The notes: generated by a model from the sequence alone, not told the origin. DNA of 64,000 nt from Coriobacteriia bacterium (GCA_036504755.1 DASXUP010000023.1:1355-65354); one strand, 5' to 3'; positions 29,569 through 39,666 are shown, counted from the first letter of the stretch. Translations and numbers: made by a program.

Positions 29569-29961
29569 ATGCCGGAGGAGAAGGTGCGGGTGGCGTTCGT
29601 CGGAGGCGGCCGGACCGCGAGGCCGCTGCTCGAGGACTTCCTGGGGCGCCCGTTCGTGAGCGTCGTCGGCGTCGCCGACATAGACCCCGAGAGCCCCGGC
29701 GCGCGCCTCGCACGCGAGGCGGGGGTGTTCGTCACCACCGACGCGCTCGTGTTCGCGAGCAGGGGTGACGAGATCGACGTCATCATAGAGGTCTCGGGCG
29801 ACCCCAACCTGAAGCGCCGGCTCAAGGATGCGCTGGTGGCCGAGGGCAACCGGCGGACGATCATCGTGCACGACCTCATCGCGCGGATGCTGCTGTCGAT
29901 GTCGCAGGACAGCGGCACGCTCATGCAGACCTTCCACCCCGACGACGTCGGGGTGGGGTAG
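29569..29961 (+). CDS. Stand-alone 130-aa Rossmann-like, putative NAD(P)-binding protein of unknown function
   Basis: Third codon positions are almost all G/C. N-terminal beta-strand plus glycine-rich loop VRVAFVGGGRTARPLLE, then VVGVADIDPESPGARLAREAGV and DVIIEVSG. This resembles homoserine-dehydrogenase / Gfo-Idh-MocA type NAD-binding N-domains. Lies 27 nt upstream of proS. Confidence 0.7.
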   Translation: MPEEKVRVAFVGGGRTARPLLEDFLGRPFVSVVGVADIDPESPGARLAREAGVFVTTDALVFASRGDEIDVIIEVSGDPNLKRRLKDALVAEGNRRTIIVHDLIARMLLSMSQDSGTLMQTFHPDDVGVG

Positions 29962-29988
29962 TATCCCGCGAACGAACGAAGGAGCCGC

Positions 29989-31755
29989 ATGACCGTCGCC
30001 CTGCGCATGAGCAGTCTGTACGCACCCACGCTGAAGGAGGATCCGTCCGAGGCGGACATAGCCTCGCACCGCATCCTGCTGCGGGCGGGGATGGTGCGCA
30101 AGTCCGCCGCCGGCGTGTACACGTTCCTGCCGCTGGGATGGCGCGCCCTGCGCAAGATCGAGCAGATCGTGCGCGAGGAGATGGATGCCATCGGCAGCCA
30201 GGAGCTGCTGATGCCGGTGATGCAACCGGCCGAGATCTGGCGGGAGTCGGGCCGATGGGATGCGTACGGCCCCGAGCTCATGCGCTTCCGGGACCGGCAC
30301 GACCGCGAGTTCGCCCTCGGCCCAACGCACGAAGAGCTCGTCACGACCCTTGGGAAGGGTGAGCTTCGCAGCTACCGCGACCTGCCGGTCTCCCTCTATC
30401 AGATACAGGTGAAGTTCCGCGACGAGGTCCGGCCACGCTTCGGCCTGCTGCGAGGCCGCGAGTTCATCATGAAGGACGCGTACAGCTTCCACGCGACTCA
30501 GGAGTCGCTCCAGGAGCACTACGACGCGATGTCCGGCGCGTACGCCCGCATCTGCGAGCGCCTCGGGCTGGACTACCGGCCGGTGGAGGCCGACTCGGGG
30601 CAGATCGGCGGGAAGGTCACGACCGAGTACATGGCCCTGGCCGAGAGCGGCGAGGCGGAGATCGTGTACTGCTCCGGGTGCGACTACGCGGCGGACGTCG
30701 AGGCGGCCTCCACGGTCGTCCCTCGGCACCCCGCCGTCACCGAACCCGTCGCGATGGAGAAGGTCCACACGCCCGGCATCCGCACGATCGCCGAGCTCGC
30801 AGCCTTCCTGTCGATCGAGGAACACGACACCGTCAAGACGATGGCCGGCGTGACACCCGAAGGCCGCGTCGTGTTCTTCCTGGTGCCCGGAGACCGCGAG
30901 CTCAATCCAGTGAAGGCGGAGTGGGCGGTGCCGGGCGTCCGCCTGCTCGAGGAGGAGGAGTTCGCGGCACGCAAGCTGCCGAAGGGCTCGCTCGGGCCGG
31001 TGGACGCCAAGGCGAAGTGGGACGCGCTCGTGATCGCCGACCGTTCGCTCGAAGCCGAGGTGAGCTGGGGCGTCGGCGCGAACGAGAACGACTATCACTT
31101 CATCCACGCGATGCCCGGCCGCGACTTCTCGGTGGACGAGTGGGCGGACCTCGTGGTCGCGCGGGCGGGCGACGCCTGCCCCGTGTGCGGCGGAGACCTG
31201 CTCGGCGCGCGCGGGATCGAGGTCTCGCAGGTCTTCCAGCTCGGCACCAAGTACAGCGAGTCCATGGGCGCCTACTTCGTGGACGAGGACAACATCGAGA
31301 AGCCGTTCATCATGGGCTGCTATGGCGTGGGCATCTCACGGTCCCTGGCCGCGGTGGTCGAGCAGTACGCCGACGACGCCGGTTGCGCTTGGCCCCTCGC
31401 CATCGCACCGCTGGAGGCCGCTGTAATCCCGCTGTCGACGGACGAGCAGGTGACGAGCGTGGCCGAGCTGCTCTGGAACGACCTCGCGAACCGTGGTATC
31501 GAGGTCGTGCTCGACGACCGCGACGAGCGCGCGGGCGTCAAGTTCGCCGACGCGGACCTCATCGGCTGGCCGTACCAGGTCGTGGTGGGGAAGCGCGGCG
31601 TGGCCGAGGGCGTCGTCGAGATCAAGCACCGCGGGAGCGGTGAGCGCGAGAGCGTGCCGATCCCGCAGGCCGCCGAGCGGGTCGCCGTCCTCATCGCCGA
31701 GGCGAAGCAAGGGCTGCGCGCACGGACGACGGCAGGACCGCGAACGGCCGAGTAG
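29989..31755 (+). CDS. proS: Prolyl-tRNA synthetase (bacterial type with editing insertion)
   Basis: LLRAGMVRKSAAGVYTFLPLG, FRDEVRPRFGLLRGREFIMKDAYSF, GCYGVGISR. 588 aa is consistent with an INS editing domain. Confidence 0.95.
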   Translation: MTVALRMSSLYAPTLKEDPSEADIASHRILLRAGMVRKSAAGVYTFLPLGWRALRKIEQIVREEMDAIGSQELLMPVMQPAEIWRESGRWDAYGPELMRFRDRHDREFALGPTHEELVTTLGKGELRSYRDLPVSLYQIQVKFRDEVRPRFGLLRGREFIMKDAYSFHATQESLQEHYDAMSGAYARICERLGLDYRPVEADSGQIGGKVTTEYMALAESGEAEIVYCSGCDYAADVEAASTVVPRHPAVTEPVAMEKVHTPGIRTIAELAAFLSIEEHDTVKTMAGVTPEGRVVFFLVPGDRELNPVKAEWAVPGVRLLEEEEFAARKLPKGSLGPVDAKAKWDALVIADRSLEAEVSWGVGANENDYHFIHAMPGRDFSVDEWADLVVARAGDACPVCGGDLLGARGIEVSQVFQLGTKYSESMGAYFVDEDNIEKPFIMGCYGVGISRSLAAVVEQYADDAGCAWPLAIAPLEAAVIPLSTDEQVTSVAELLWNDLANRGIEVVLDDRDERAGVKFADADLIGWPYQVVVGKRGVAEGVVEIKHRGSGERESVPIPQAAERVAVLIAEAKQGLRARTTAGPRTAE

Positions 31756-31770
31756 GCGTGCGAGCGCCAC

Positions 31771-31813
31771 GGCGGGATGAGCTGCGAGCGCAGCGAGTCG
31801 GCTCGATCCCGCC
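31771..31813 (+). terminator. Terminator-like hairpin after proS (no U-tract)
   Basis: GGCGGGATGAGC (31771-31782) pairs with GCTCGATCCCGCC (31801-31813) with one bulge and an 18-nt loop. No T-run follows, so function is uncertain. Confidence 0.3.
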
Positions 31814-31848
31814 GCCTGCGTGACGGCCTACGTCCGTCCGCAGGCTCT

Positions 31849-31876
31849 TTGACCGCCGGTTCCGTCGTGGTAGAAT
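31849..31876 (+). promoter_or_regulatory. Putative promoter of the rimP-nusA-ylxR-infB operon (TTGACC-16 nt-TGgTAGAAT)
   Basis: TTGACC at 31849-31854, extended -10 TG at 31868-31869, TAGAAT at 31871-31876. This is the best sigma-70-like match in the window. Confidence 0.55.
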
Positions 31877-31905
31877 CCCTCGGACGGAAAGACATGTGTG
31901 CCGCG

Positions 31906-31938
31906 AGAAGCTGGGCTTGCCCCCGCTTCTTTTGTTCT
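31906..31938 (+). promoter_or_regulatory. Terminator-like hairpin plus U-tract in the rimP-nusA leader (candidate attenuator)
   Basis: AGAAGC(u)GGG / CCCGCUUCU stem (31906-31930) followed by TTTGTTCT (31931-38). Lies between the predicted promoter and the rimP SD (GGAGG 31943-47). Confidence 0.45.
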
Positions 31939-31954
31939 CGGAAGGAGGTCGGCG

Positions 31955-32443
31955 ATGGCGAGCAAGGCGGAAGAGCGGATCGAAGCGGCGCTCGAGCCCG
32001 TCGCGGCCTCGCACGGCCTCGAGCTCGTGGCCGTCGAACTCACCGGCGCGAAGCATCGCCCGATCGTGCGCGTCTTCCTCGACAAGGACGGCGGCATCAC
32101 CCTCGACGAGGTCGCCGGGGCCAACGCCCAGCTCGGCGAGGCGCTCGACGAGCTGGGCGAGCCCGCCGGCCCGTACACGCTCGAGGTGAGCTCTCCCGGC
32201 ATCGAGCGGCCGCTGCGGAAGCCGTCCGACTTCCGGCGCTTCGCCGGCAGCAAGGCCGAGGTCCGCACGATCGCTCCGATGGACGGCCGCAAGCAGTTCA
32301 CCGGCGTCATCACCTCGGCCGACGAGGACGTCTTCACGCTCGACGTCGACGGTGCCGAGGTCCGGCTGCCGTACGACGGGGTGTCGAAAGCCCGCCTGCG
32401 CGTGGACATAGACTTCAAAGAGGAAGGGAGCGGCAAGCGATGA
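31955..32443 (+). CDS. rimP: Ribosome maturation factor RimP
   Basis: ATG 31955 follows GGAGG (31943-47). IEAALEPVAASHGLELVAVEL, RPIVRVFLDKDGGITLDE, YTLEVSSPGIERPL. Confidence 0.88.
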   Translation: MASKAEERIEAALEPVAASHGLELVAVELTGAKHRPIVRVFLDKDGGITLDEVAGANAQLGEALDELGEPAGPYTLEVSSPGIERPLRKPSDFRRFAGSKAEVRTIAPMDGRKQFTGVITSADEDVFTLDVDGAEVRLPYDGVSKARLRVDIDFKEEGSGKR

Positions 32444-33576
32444 GCTCCGAACTGATAGAGGCGTTGCGCCAGCTCGAGCGCGAGAAGGGCATCGACCAAT
32501 TCGTGATCCTGGACCGCTTGGAGCAGGCCCTCGCCACCACATACAAGAAGATGCTCGACCTCGAGAACGAGGTACGGGTGACCATCGACCGCGACAACGG
32601 CCGCATCCACGTCTACGAGCTCGTCCGCGACGACCCCGAGGATCTCGAGGCCCCCGTCAAGGAGGAGCGCGACATAACGCCTCCGGACGTGAGCCGTATC
32701 GCCGCTCAGACGGCGAAGCAAGTCATCCTGCAGGTCATCCGCGAGGCGGAGCGCGAGCAGATCTTCGAGGAGTACGTGGATCGCGTCGGCGACATCGTCA
32801 CCGGCGTCGTGCAGCAGTCCGACAGCCGCTACACGCTCGTGAGCCTGCGCCAGGGCGTCGAGGCGCTGCTCCCGCCCGCGGAGCAGCCGCCGACGGAGCG
32901 CTACGACCACAACCAGCGGATCAAGGCCTACATCGTCGAGGTGCGCAAGACCTTCAAGGAGCCCTCGATCGTCGTCTCGCGCACCCACCCGGGCCTGCTG
33001 CGACGCCTCTTCGAGCTCGAGGTGCCGGAGATCTACGACGGCGTCGTCGAGATCAAGAGCATCGCGCGCGAGCCGGGCCTGCGCTCCAAGGTCGCCGTGT
33101 CGAGCCGGGAGCCGGGTCTCGACCCCGTGGGCGCCTGCGTCGGGCCGAAGGGCAGCCGCGTGAGGATGGTCGTGTCCGAGCTGCGGGGCGAGCGCATCGA
33201 CGTCGTACCGTGGAACGACGACCCGCAGACCTTCGTGGGGAACTCGCTGTCCCCGGCCAAGGTCTCCCGCGTCTTCGTCGACGAAGGCACGCATACTGCT
33301 ACGGTTGTGGTGCCGGACGACCAGCTCTCGCTGGCGATCGGCAAGGAAGGGCAGAACGCCCGTCTCGCCGCCAAGCTCACGGGCTGGCGCATCGACATCA
33401 AGAGCGAGCAGCAGGCAGCCGGTGCGGGACTCGCCGGCGCAGCCTCGGCCGGCGGGGAAGCCGCCGAGGAGGACGGCCGCTGCTGCGCCGTCACCGCTTC
33501 GGGTATCCGGTGCCGCAACAAGGCACGTCCCGGGAGCGCGTACTGCGGAATCCACGAGAAGGAGGCGGACGCCTAA
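32440..33576 (+). CDS. nusA: Transcription termination/antitermination factor NusA with an extra C-terminal Cys3His tail
   Basis: ATG 32440 overlaps the rimP stop (ATGA). SELIEALRQLEREKGI N-terminus, S1 domain (GDIVTGVVQQ), KH1/KH2 (ACVGPKGSRV, LAIGKEGQNARLAAKLTGWRIDI). The tail contains C-x9-C-x10-C-x2-H. Confidence 0.95.
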   Translation: MSSELIEALRQLEREKGIDQFVILDRLEQALATTYKKMLDLENEVRVTIDRDNGRIHVYELVRDDPEDLEAPVKEERDITPPDVSRIAAQTAKQVILQVIREAEREQIFEEYVDRVGDIVTGVVQQSDSRYTLVSLRQGVEALLPPAEQPPTERYDHNQRIKAYIVEVRKTFKEPSIVVSRTHPGLLRRLFELEVPEIYDGVVEIKSIAREPGLRSKVAVSSREPGLDPVGACVGPKGSRVRMVVSELRGERIDVVPWNDDPQTFVGNSLSPAKVSRVFVDEGTHTATVVVPDDQLSLAIGKEGQNARLAAKLTGWRIDIKSEQQAAGAGLAGAASAGGEAAEEDGRCCAVTASGIRCRNKARPGSAYCGIHEKEADA

Positions 33577-33579
33577 GTG

Positions 33580-33873
33580 ATGAAGGCCCGCAAGAAGCCC
33601 GTTCGCACCTGTTTGGGGTGCGGCCAGGAGGCCGACAAGCGCGATCTTACGCGTGTCGTCCGATCGCCCGAGGGCGACGTGGCCGTGGATCCCTCCGGCA
33701 AGGCGAACGGCCGAGGCGCGTACGTGCACCCTCGGCTGGAATGCTTCGAAGCGGCGGCCCGCAAGCGCAGGTTCGACGGCGCGCTGCGGGTGACACTGAA
33801 GGAAGAAGACGTGGACCGCATACGACGCGATCTCGAGCGCGTGATCGCGCAGAGCGCTGCAACGGGACGGTGA
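33580..33873 (+). CDS. ylxR: YlxR/DUF448 family RNA-binding protein
   Basis: RTCLGCGQEADKRDLTRVV....DPSGKANGRGAYVH is the YlxR signature. Canonical position between nusA and infB. Confidence 0.9.
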   Translation: MKARKKPVRTCLGCGQEADKRDLTRVVRSPEGDVAVDPSGKANGRGAYVHPRLECFEAAARKRRFDGALRVTLKEEDVDRIRRDLERVIAQSAATGR

Positions 33874-33877
33874 CTGG

Positions 33878-36316
33878 ATGCCGAGCATGAGAGTGCACGA
33901 GCTGGCCAAGGAGTTCGGGATGACCTCTGCCGAACTCCTTGAGCGGCTGAACGCTATGAAGATACCGGCGAAGAACCACGCCTCCACGCTCGTGGAGGCG
34001 TACGTCGACAAGATCCGCAAGCAGCTCGGGCCTGAGATCGCCGAGCGGCAGGCCGCGATGGAGTCCGAGCGCCTCAAGCTGGAGGCCGCGGAGGCCGCCA
34101 AGCGCGAGGCCGCGGAAGCCGCGCTCCGCGCCGAAGAGGAGGCGCGACACGCCGCCGAGGAGGAGGAGCGCAAGGCTCGCGAGGAGGAGCGCAGGGCCCA
34201 CGAGGCCGAGGAGGAGACCCGCGCCGCGCGCGAGGCCGCCGCGAAGGCCGAGGAGGAACGCAAGCGCCTCGAGGCCGAGGCCGCGGAAGCCGCCGCGAAG
34301 GCCGCCGAGCAGGCCGCGCGGCTCGAAAAGGAAGAAGCGGAGCGTTATCGCCGCATGGCGCAGGAGGCCGAGGAGGCCGCGAAGCGTCAGCAGGTCGTGA
34401 CTCCGGCCGCGCCCTCCTTCGCGGTCCCGGCGGGTGTCCCGATCGCCACCGCCGAGCCCCACGGCAAGAAGAAGAAGGGCAAGAAGCCCTCCGGGAAGCG
34501 CGAGACCGGGCGCCAGCCGATGGGTGCCCAGACCGTCACGCCGGAGGAAGCCGGCGTGGTCGGCGCCTCGGGCGAGCACGTCGTCGTACAGGAAGGCACC
34601 ACCGTCGGCTCCTTCGCCGAGCTCGTGGGCATGTCGCCGACGGACATCATCAAGCACCTGTTCGGCGCGGGCGAGATGCTCACGGTCAACCAGCCGATGA
34701 GCAAGGCCACGATGCGGAAGGTGGCCGAGGACCTCGGCTACACCATCGACATCGTCTCTCCCGACGAGGAGGTCGCCGAGGAGATCGTGGACCGGCCCGA
34801 GGACTTGAAGCCCAAGGCGCCGGTCGTCACTGTCATGGGCCACGTCGACCACGGCAAGACGTCGCTCCTCGACGCCATCCGCGAGACCGGCGTCCAGGCG
34901 ACGGAGGCCGGCGGCATCACGCAGCACATCGGCGCGTCCGTCGTGGAGAAGAACGGCCGCAAGATCACCTTCATCGACACCCCCGGCCACGAGGCGTTCA
35001 CCTCACTGAGAGCGCGCGGCGCGAACGTCACCGACGTGGTCGTGCTGGTGGTAGCGGCGGACGACGGCGTCATGCCGCAGACCGTAGAGGCGATCGACCA
35101 CGCGAAGGCCGCCGGCGTGCCGATCCTCGTGGCGGTCAACAAGATCGACAAGGACAACGCGAACGTCGACCGCGTGCGCCAGGAGCTGGCCGACCACGCC
35201 GTCATCCCCGAGGAGTGGGGCGGCAACAACGTCTTCGTCAACGTCTCGGCCAAGAAGCGGGTCAACATCGACGAGCTGCTCGAGATGATCCTGCTCGTCG
35301 CCGACTTGCGGGAGCTCAAAGCGAACCCGGACGCTCCGGCTCGCGGCGTGGTCATCGAGGCGAAGCTGGACCGCGGCCGCGGACCCGTGGCTACGGTCCT
35401 CGTCCAGCGCGGCACGCTGCACATCGGCGACGCGGTGGTCGCGGGCACGAGCCACGGCCGCGTCCGTGCGCTAGTGGACTCCAAGGGCGTCTCCGTCACC
35501 GCGGCGCGTCCGGCGGACCCCGTCGAGATCATCGGGCTGGCTTCGGTGCCGTCCGGCGGCGACGAGTTCAAGGTCATGCCGGACGAGCGGGCCGCGCGCG
35601 CCATCGCGGAGGAGCGTTCGCTGCGCCGCCGCCTGCTCGCCGAGGAGCGGGCCAAGAAGCACATCTCGCTCGACGCCATGTTCGACGCCATCCAATCCGG
35701 CATCCAGGACATCAACCTGGTGGTCAAGGCGGATGCGAACGGCTCGATCGAGGCGATCAAGGACGCTCTGTCCAAGATCGACCAGACCGAGGTGCGCATC
35801 AACGTGCTGCGCGCCGGAATCGGCGGCATCACCGAGACGGACGTCAGCCTGGCGGACGCTTCGGACGCCATCGTCATCGGCTTCAACGTGCGGCCGGAGC
35901 CCAAGGCCAAGGCGCTCGCCGAGCAGACTAAGGTCGACATGCGCCTGTACCGCGTCATCTACAAGCTCATCGAGGACATCAACGCCGCGCGCGTGGGCAT
36001 GCTCAGGCCGACGATCGAGGAGCAGGACACGGCGCGCGTCGAGGTGCGCGAGGTGTTCCGCGTGCCGAAGATCGGCGCTATCGCCGGCTGCTACGTGACC
36101 GATGGAGAGGTGAGCCGCGACGACCAGGTCCATGTCGTGCGCGACGGCGCGATCATCTTCGACGGCAAGATAGGGTCGCTGCGACGCTTCAAGGAGGACG
36201 CGAAGTCGGTTCGCGCCGGCTACGAGTGCGGCATAGGCATCGACGGCTTCCAGGACATCAAGGAAGGCGACGTCATCGACGCGTACAAGACCGTCGAGGT
36301 CGCCCGGGAGGCGTAG
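33878..36316 (+). CDS. infB: Translation initiation factor IF-2
   Basis: [14 protein letters not shown]-terminus, long E/A/K/R-rich linker, G domain [29 protein letters not shown]. Start is ATG 33878 or 33887. Confidence 0.97.
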   Translation: MPSMRVHELAKEFGMTSAELLERLNAMKIPAKNHASTLVEAYVDKIRKQLGPEIAERQAAMESERLKLEAAEAAKREAAEAALRAEEEARHAAEEEERKAREEERRAHEAEEETRAAREAAAKAEEERKRLEAEAAEAAAKAAEQAARLEKEEAERYRRMAQEAEEAAKRQQVVTPAAPSFAVPAGVPIATAEPHGKKKKGKKPSGKRETGRQPMGAQTVTPEEAGVVGASGEHVVVQEGTTVGSFAELVGMSPTDIIKHLFGAGEMLTVNQPMSKATMRKVAEDLGYTIDIVSPDEEVAEEIVDRPEDLKPKAPVVTVMGHVDHGKTSLLDAIRETGVQATEAGGITQHIGASVVEKNGRKITFIDTPGHEAFTSLRARGANVTDVVVLVVAADDGVMPQTVEAIDHAKAAGVPILVAVNKIDKDNANVDRVRQELADHAVIPEEWGGNNVFVNVSAKKRVNIDELLEMILLVADLRELKANPDAPARGVVIEAKLDRGRGPVATVLVQRGTLHIGDAVVAGTSHGRVRALVDSKGVSVTAARPADPVEIIGLASVPSGGDEFKVMPDERAARAIAEERSLRRRLLAEERAKKHISLDAMFDAIQSGIQDINLVVKADANGSIEAIKDALSKIDQTEVRINVLRAGIGGITETDVSLADASDAIVIGFNVRPEPKAKALAEQTKVDMRLYRVIYKLIEDINAARVGMLRPTIEEQDTARVEVREVFRVPKIGAIAGCYVTDGEVSRDDQVHVVRDGAIIFDGKIGSLRRFKEDAKSVRAGYECGIGIDGFQDIKEGDVIDAYKTVEVAREA

Positions 36317-36319
36317 ACG

Positions 36320-36700
36320 ATGCGGCAGTCCCCCCGCCTGCGCAAGGTCGGCGAGAGCGTGCGCGAGGCCCTGGCGGACACGCTCGAGAGGGACGTGTCC
36401 GACCCGCGGCTCGCGCTCGTCACGATCACCTCGGCCGAGGTCAGCCCCGACCTGCGGCACGCGCGCGTGTTCTTCACCGCGCACGGCGGCGAGGATCGCT
36501 ACCGTGCGGCACTCGAGGGCCTGGAGTCCGCGAAGCGGCGCCTCCGCCAGGGTCTCGCGCAGCGGGTGCGGATGAAGTACCTGCCGGAGCTCACGTTCCT
36601 CGTCGACGAGTCCGTCGACGAAGGGATGCGGATCTCCGAGGCGATCCGCGCCGAGCGCGAAGCCGGACGGGCGCCCGAGGAAGGCGGGGAAGAGGAGTGA
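36320..36700 (+). CDS. rbfA: Ribosome-binding factor A
   Basis: RKVGESVREALADTLE..VSDPRL..VTITSAEVSPDLRHARVFF is typical RbfA. Confidence 0.9.
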   Translation: MRQSPRLRKVGESVREALADTLERDVSDPRLALVTITSAEVSPDLRHARVFFTAHGGEDRYRAALEGLESAKRRLRQGLAQRVRMKYLPELTFLVDESVDEGMRISEAIRAEREAGRAPEEGGEEE

Positions 36701-37674
36701 CGGACCTAGCCACCGCGTACGCCGAGGCGGCTCGCGCGCTCGCGGCGGCGTCGTCGGTGGTGGTGTGCGCTCATGTGGACCCGGACGGCGACGCGATCGG
36801 CTCCACCCTCGGGCTCACGCACGTCCTGCGCCGCCTCGGCATCTCCGCGATCCCGGCGCTGGCGGAGGACCGCGGAGCGCCCGAGACGTATGCGTTCCTG
36901 CCGGGCTTCCCGCTGTTGCGCTACGCGTCCCAGCTCGAGGCGCCCCGGGTTCTGGTCGCGCTGGACACGCCCAACCTGGAGCGTCTGGGCGACGCCCTCG
37001 CACTGGCGGAGAAGGCGGACACGACGATCGTGTTGGACCACCATCCCGACAACACGTCTTACGGCGAGGTCAACCTCGTCGATCCCGGCGCCGCCGCCGT
37101 GGGGCAGATCGTGTGGAGGCTGCTTCCGATGCTCGGCCTCCCGCCCGACGCCGACATCGCATCCTGCCTCTACGTCGCGCTCCTCACGGACACCGGGCGC
37201 TTCCAGTACAGCAACTCGAACGCCGCCGTTCTCCGCGACGCCGCGGCGATGATCGACGTTGGGCTCGACGTGCACGAGGTCTACGAGCGCGTCTACGAGA
37301 ACCAGACCCTCGGCCACATGGAGATCGTCGGCCGCGTGAAGTCGCGCGTGAAGCTCGTCAACGGCGGACGCGTGGCGTACTCCTGGGTGACCGACGAGGA
37401 TTTCGCCGAGACGGGCGCCGCCCACGAGACCACCGAGAACCTCGTCGACACGATTCGCGTGATCGGGGGACCCGACGTGGTTTTCCTCGCGAAGATCGCG
37501 GGCCCCACGTGCCGCGTGAGCCTGCGGGCGAAGGGTCACGGCGACGTGGGCGGCGTGGCACGCCACTTCGGCGGCGGAGGACACGTCGCGGCCGCCGGCT
37601 TCGCGTTCGACTGCGACCTGGCCGAGCTGCTGGAACGGCTGCTCCCCTTGCTGCCCGGCGGCGGGGAGGCCTGA
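36697..37674 (+). CDS. nrnA: DHH/DHHA1 phosphoesterase (NrnA-type oligoribonuclease / pAp phosphatase)
   Basis: GTG 36697 overlaps the rbfA stop (GTGA). Motifs HVDPDGDAIGS, LDHHPDN, TDTGRFQYSN, GGGGHVAAAG. Confidence 0.85.
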   Translation: MTDLATAYAEAARALAAASSVVVCAHVDPDGDAIGSTLGLTHVLRRLGISAIPALAEDRGAPETYAFLPGFPLLRYASQLEAPRVLVALDTPNLERLGDALALAEKADTTIVLDHHPDNTSYGEVNLVDPGAAAVGQIVWRLLPMLGLPPDADIASCLYVALLTDTGRFQYSNSNAAVLRDAAAMIDVGLDVHEVYERVYENQTLGHMEIVGRVKSRVKLVNGGRVAYSWVTDEDFAETGAAHETTENLVDTIRVIGGPDVVFLAKIAGPTCRVSLRAKGHGDVGGVARHFGGGGHVAAAGFAFDCDLAELLERLLPLLPGGGEA

Positions 37675-37677
37675 GCG

Positions 37678-38595
37678 GTGCCGTCGCGCCGCGGAGCGAC
37701 GGACCTGTGCGGTGTGCTCGCCGTCGACAAGCCCGGCGGGATGACCAGCCACGACGTCGTGGCCGCAGTGCGTCGCGCGACGGGCGAGCGGCGCATCGGT
37801 CACGCGGGGACCCTCGACCCGCTCGCGACCGGCCTGCTCGTCGTGCTCGTAGGCCCGTACACCCGGCTGGAGCCCTACCTCTCGGCTTCGGCCAAGACCT
37901 ACGAGGCGCGTATCGCCTTCGGCAGCGAGACGGATACCGACGATGCCGAGGGCACCGTCACCACGTCCCTCCCGGTCTCGCCCGATCTCTTCGACCCCGC
38001 TCGCGCCCAGGAGGTCCTCGACCGCCTGATCGGCCCTTCGATGCAAGCACCGCCCGCTTACTCCGCCATCAAGGTCGCAGGTCGAGCGGCGCACCGCGTC
38101 GCCCGCGCCGGCGGCCATGTGTCGCTCGCGGAGCGGCCGATCGACGTCTTCGAGGCGCGCCTCACCGGAGCCGACGCCGGAGAGCGCGTCTGGGACGTCA
38201 CCTTCCGCGTGTCGAAGGGGACGTACGTGCGCGCGCTCGCCCGCGACATCGGGCGGAGCTGCGGGACCGCGGCACATCTGGGCGCGCTGAGGCGCACGGC
38301 GAGCGGCGCCCTCGAGCTCACGCACGCGCACTCGCTCGACGAGGTCGCGGCGGCGGCGCACGACGGCACGCTCGGCGAGCTGTTCGCCGACGCGTTGGCG
38401 GCGGTCGCGCTGCCGGTCGTCGACGCCGACCCGGCCGAGGTCGTCACCGGCCGCACGCTGCCGCGCGCCATGGCGCCGCAGCTGCCGCCCGGCGCGCGCG
38501 CGGCCGCCGCGGTCCAGGGGCGGCTGCTCGGCGTGTACCGGGTCTCGGCCGAGGGCTTGAAGCCGGAAGCGGTGTTCGCGGGAGCGTGCCGATGA
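37678..38595 (+). CDS. truB: tRNA pseudouridine55 synthase TruB
   Basis: GVLAVDKPGGMTSHDVV, GHAGTLDPLATGLLVVLVG, PPAYSAIKV. Confidence 0.93.
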   Translation: MPSRRGATDLCGVLAVDKPGGMTSHDVVAAVRRATGERRIGHAGTLDPLATGLLVVLVGPYTRLEPYLSASAKTYEARIAFGSETDTDDAEGTVTTSLPVSPDLFDPARAQEVLDRLIGPSMQAPPAYSAIKVAGRAAHRVARAGGHVSLAERPIDVFEARLTGADAGERVWDVTFRVSKGTYVRALARDIGRSCGTAAHLGALRRTASGALELTHAHSLDEVAAAAHDGTLGELFADALAAVALPVVDADPAEVVTGRTLPRAMAPQLPPGARAAAAVQGRLLGVYRVSAEGLKPEAVFAGACR

Positions 38596-39524
38596 CGCGC
38601 GTCATCGCCTACGAACGGGGCATGGAGACGTTCGGCCGTGCCGTCGTGAGCATCGGCGTGTTCGACGGCGTGCATCTCGGCCACCAGGCGCTCATCCGCG
38701 ACGCAGTCTCCCTCGCGCGGAAGCGCGAGACGCTCGCCGCCGTGGTCACGTTCGACCGCGACCCCGACCGCGTCGTGGACCCGGCCCATGCAGCCCCTCA
38801 GCTGCTGGAGCTCCCGGACAAGCTCGACCTTCTCGCCACCCTCTGCCCCGACGTCGTGCTCGTCATACCGTTCGACGCCGAGGTGGCCGCGATGCCCCCC
38901 GACGCCTTCCTCGACGAGCTGCTCCTGCCGGTCTTCAGCCCCGTCGCCGTCGTGGTCGGTCATGACTTCCGCTTCGGCGCACGCGCCGCGGGAGACCTCG
39001 CGACGCTGGCGACGTACGGGGAACGACACGGCTTCGAGGTCGTCGGCCACCCGCTCGTGCGCGTGGACGGCGAGCCTGTGACCTCCACGCGTGTACGCGC
39101 GCTGGTCTCCGCGGGCGCTGTCGCGGACGCCGCGCGCCTCCTCGGCCGTCCTCATCTCGTGCGGGGAGCCGTGGAGGAGGGCCGGCACGTGGGCAAGGCG
39201 CTGGGCGCTCCCACCGCGAACGTGCGTCACGCGGCGTACTCCGCCGTGCCCGCCGACGGCGTGTACGCCGCGACGGCGAGGGTAGGCGACGCGACCTACG
39301 CCGCCGCCGTCTCCGTCGGGCCCCCGATCACCTTCGCCGACGCCCCGGCGACGCTCGAGGCGCACCTGCTCGATTTCCGCGGCGACCTGTACGGCGCGGA
39401 AATCGTCCTCGGCTTCCTCGAGAGGCTCCGGCCGCTAGCGCGGTTCGAGTCGGCGAGCGACCTCGCGGCGGCGATCGCAGCGGACGTCGAGCGCGTGCGT
39501 GCCGTGACCGCGCGGGCGCGCTGA
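38592..39524 (+). CDS. ribF: Bifunctional riboflavin kinase / FMN adenylyltransferase
   Basis: ATG 38592 overlaps the truB stop (ATGA). [23 protein letters not shown]-terminal kinase part [13 protein letters not shown]. Only the last 310 codons of track ORF 36765..39524 are this gene. Confidence 0.9.
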   Translation: MTRVIAYERGMETFGRAVVSIGVFDGVHLGHQALIRDAVSLARKRETLAAVVTFDRDPDRVVDPAHAAPQLLELPDKLDLLATLCPDVVLVIPFDAEVAAMPPDAFLDELLLPVFSPVAVVVGHDFRFGARAAGDLATLATYGERHGFEVVGHPLVRVDGEPVTSTRVRALVSAGAVADAARLLGRPHLVRGAVEEGRHVGKALGAPTANVRHAAYSAVPADGVYAATARVGDATYAAAVSVGPPITFADAPATLEAHLLDFRGDLYGAEIVLGFLERLRPLARFESASDLAAAIAADVERVRAVTARAR

Positions 39525-39666
39525 CTGCGGGGCCTGGAGTTTTCCCTGCCATCCGCCGGGGTACTGTGCTAACATTGCACGGTTGTGCGGACTACCCCGT
39601 GCTGGGATCGGCGACTCACCGACGCCCACCTCGGCCGGAGGCGTATCGAGACGAAAGGTGGAACAC

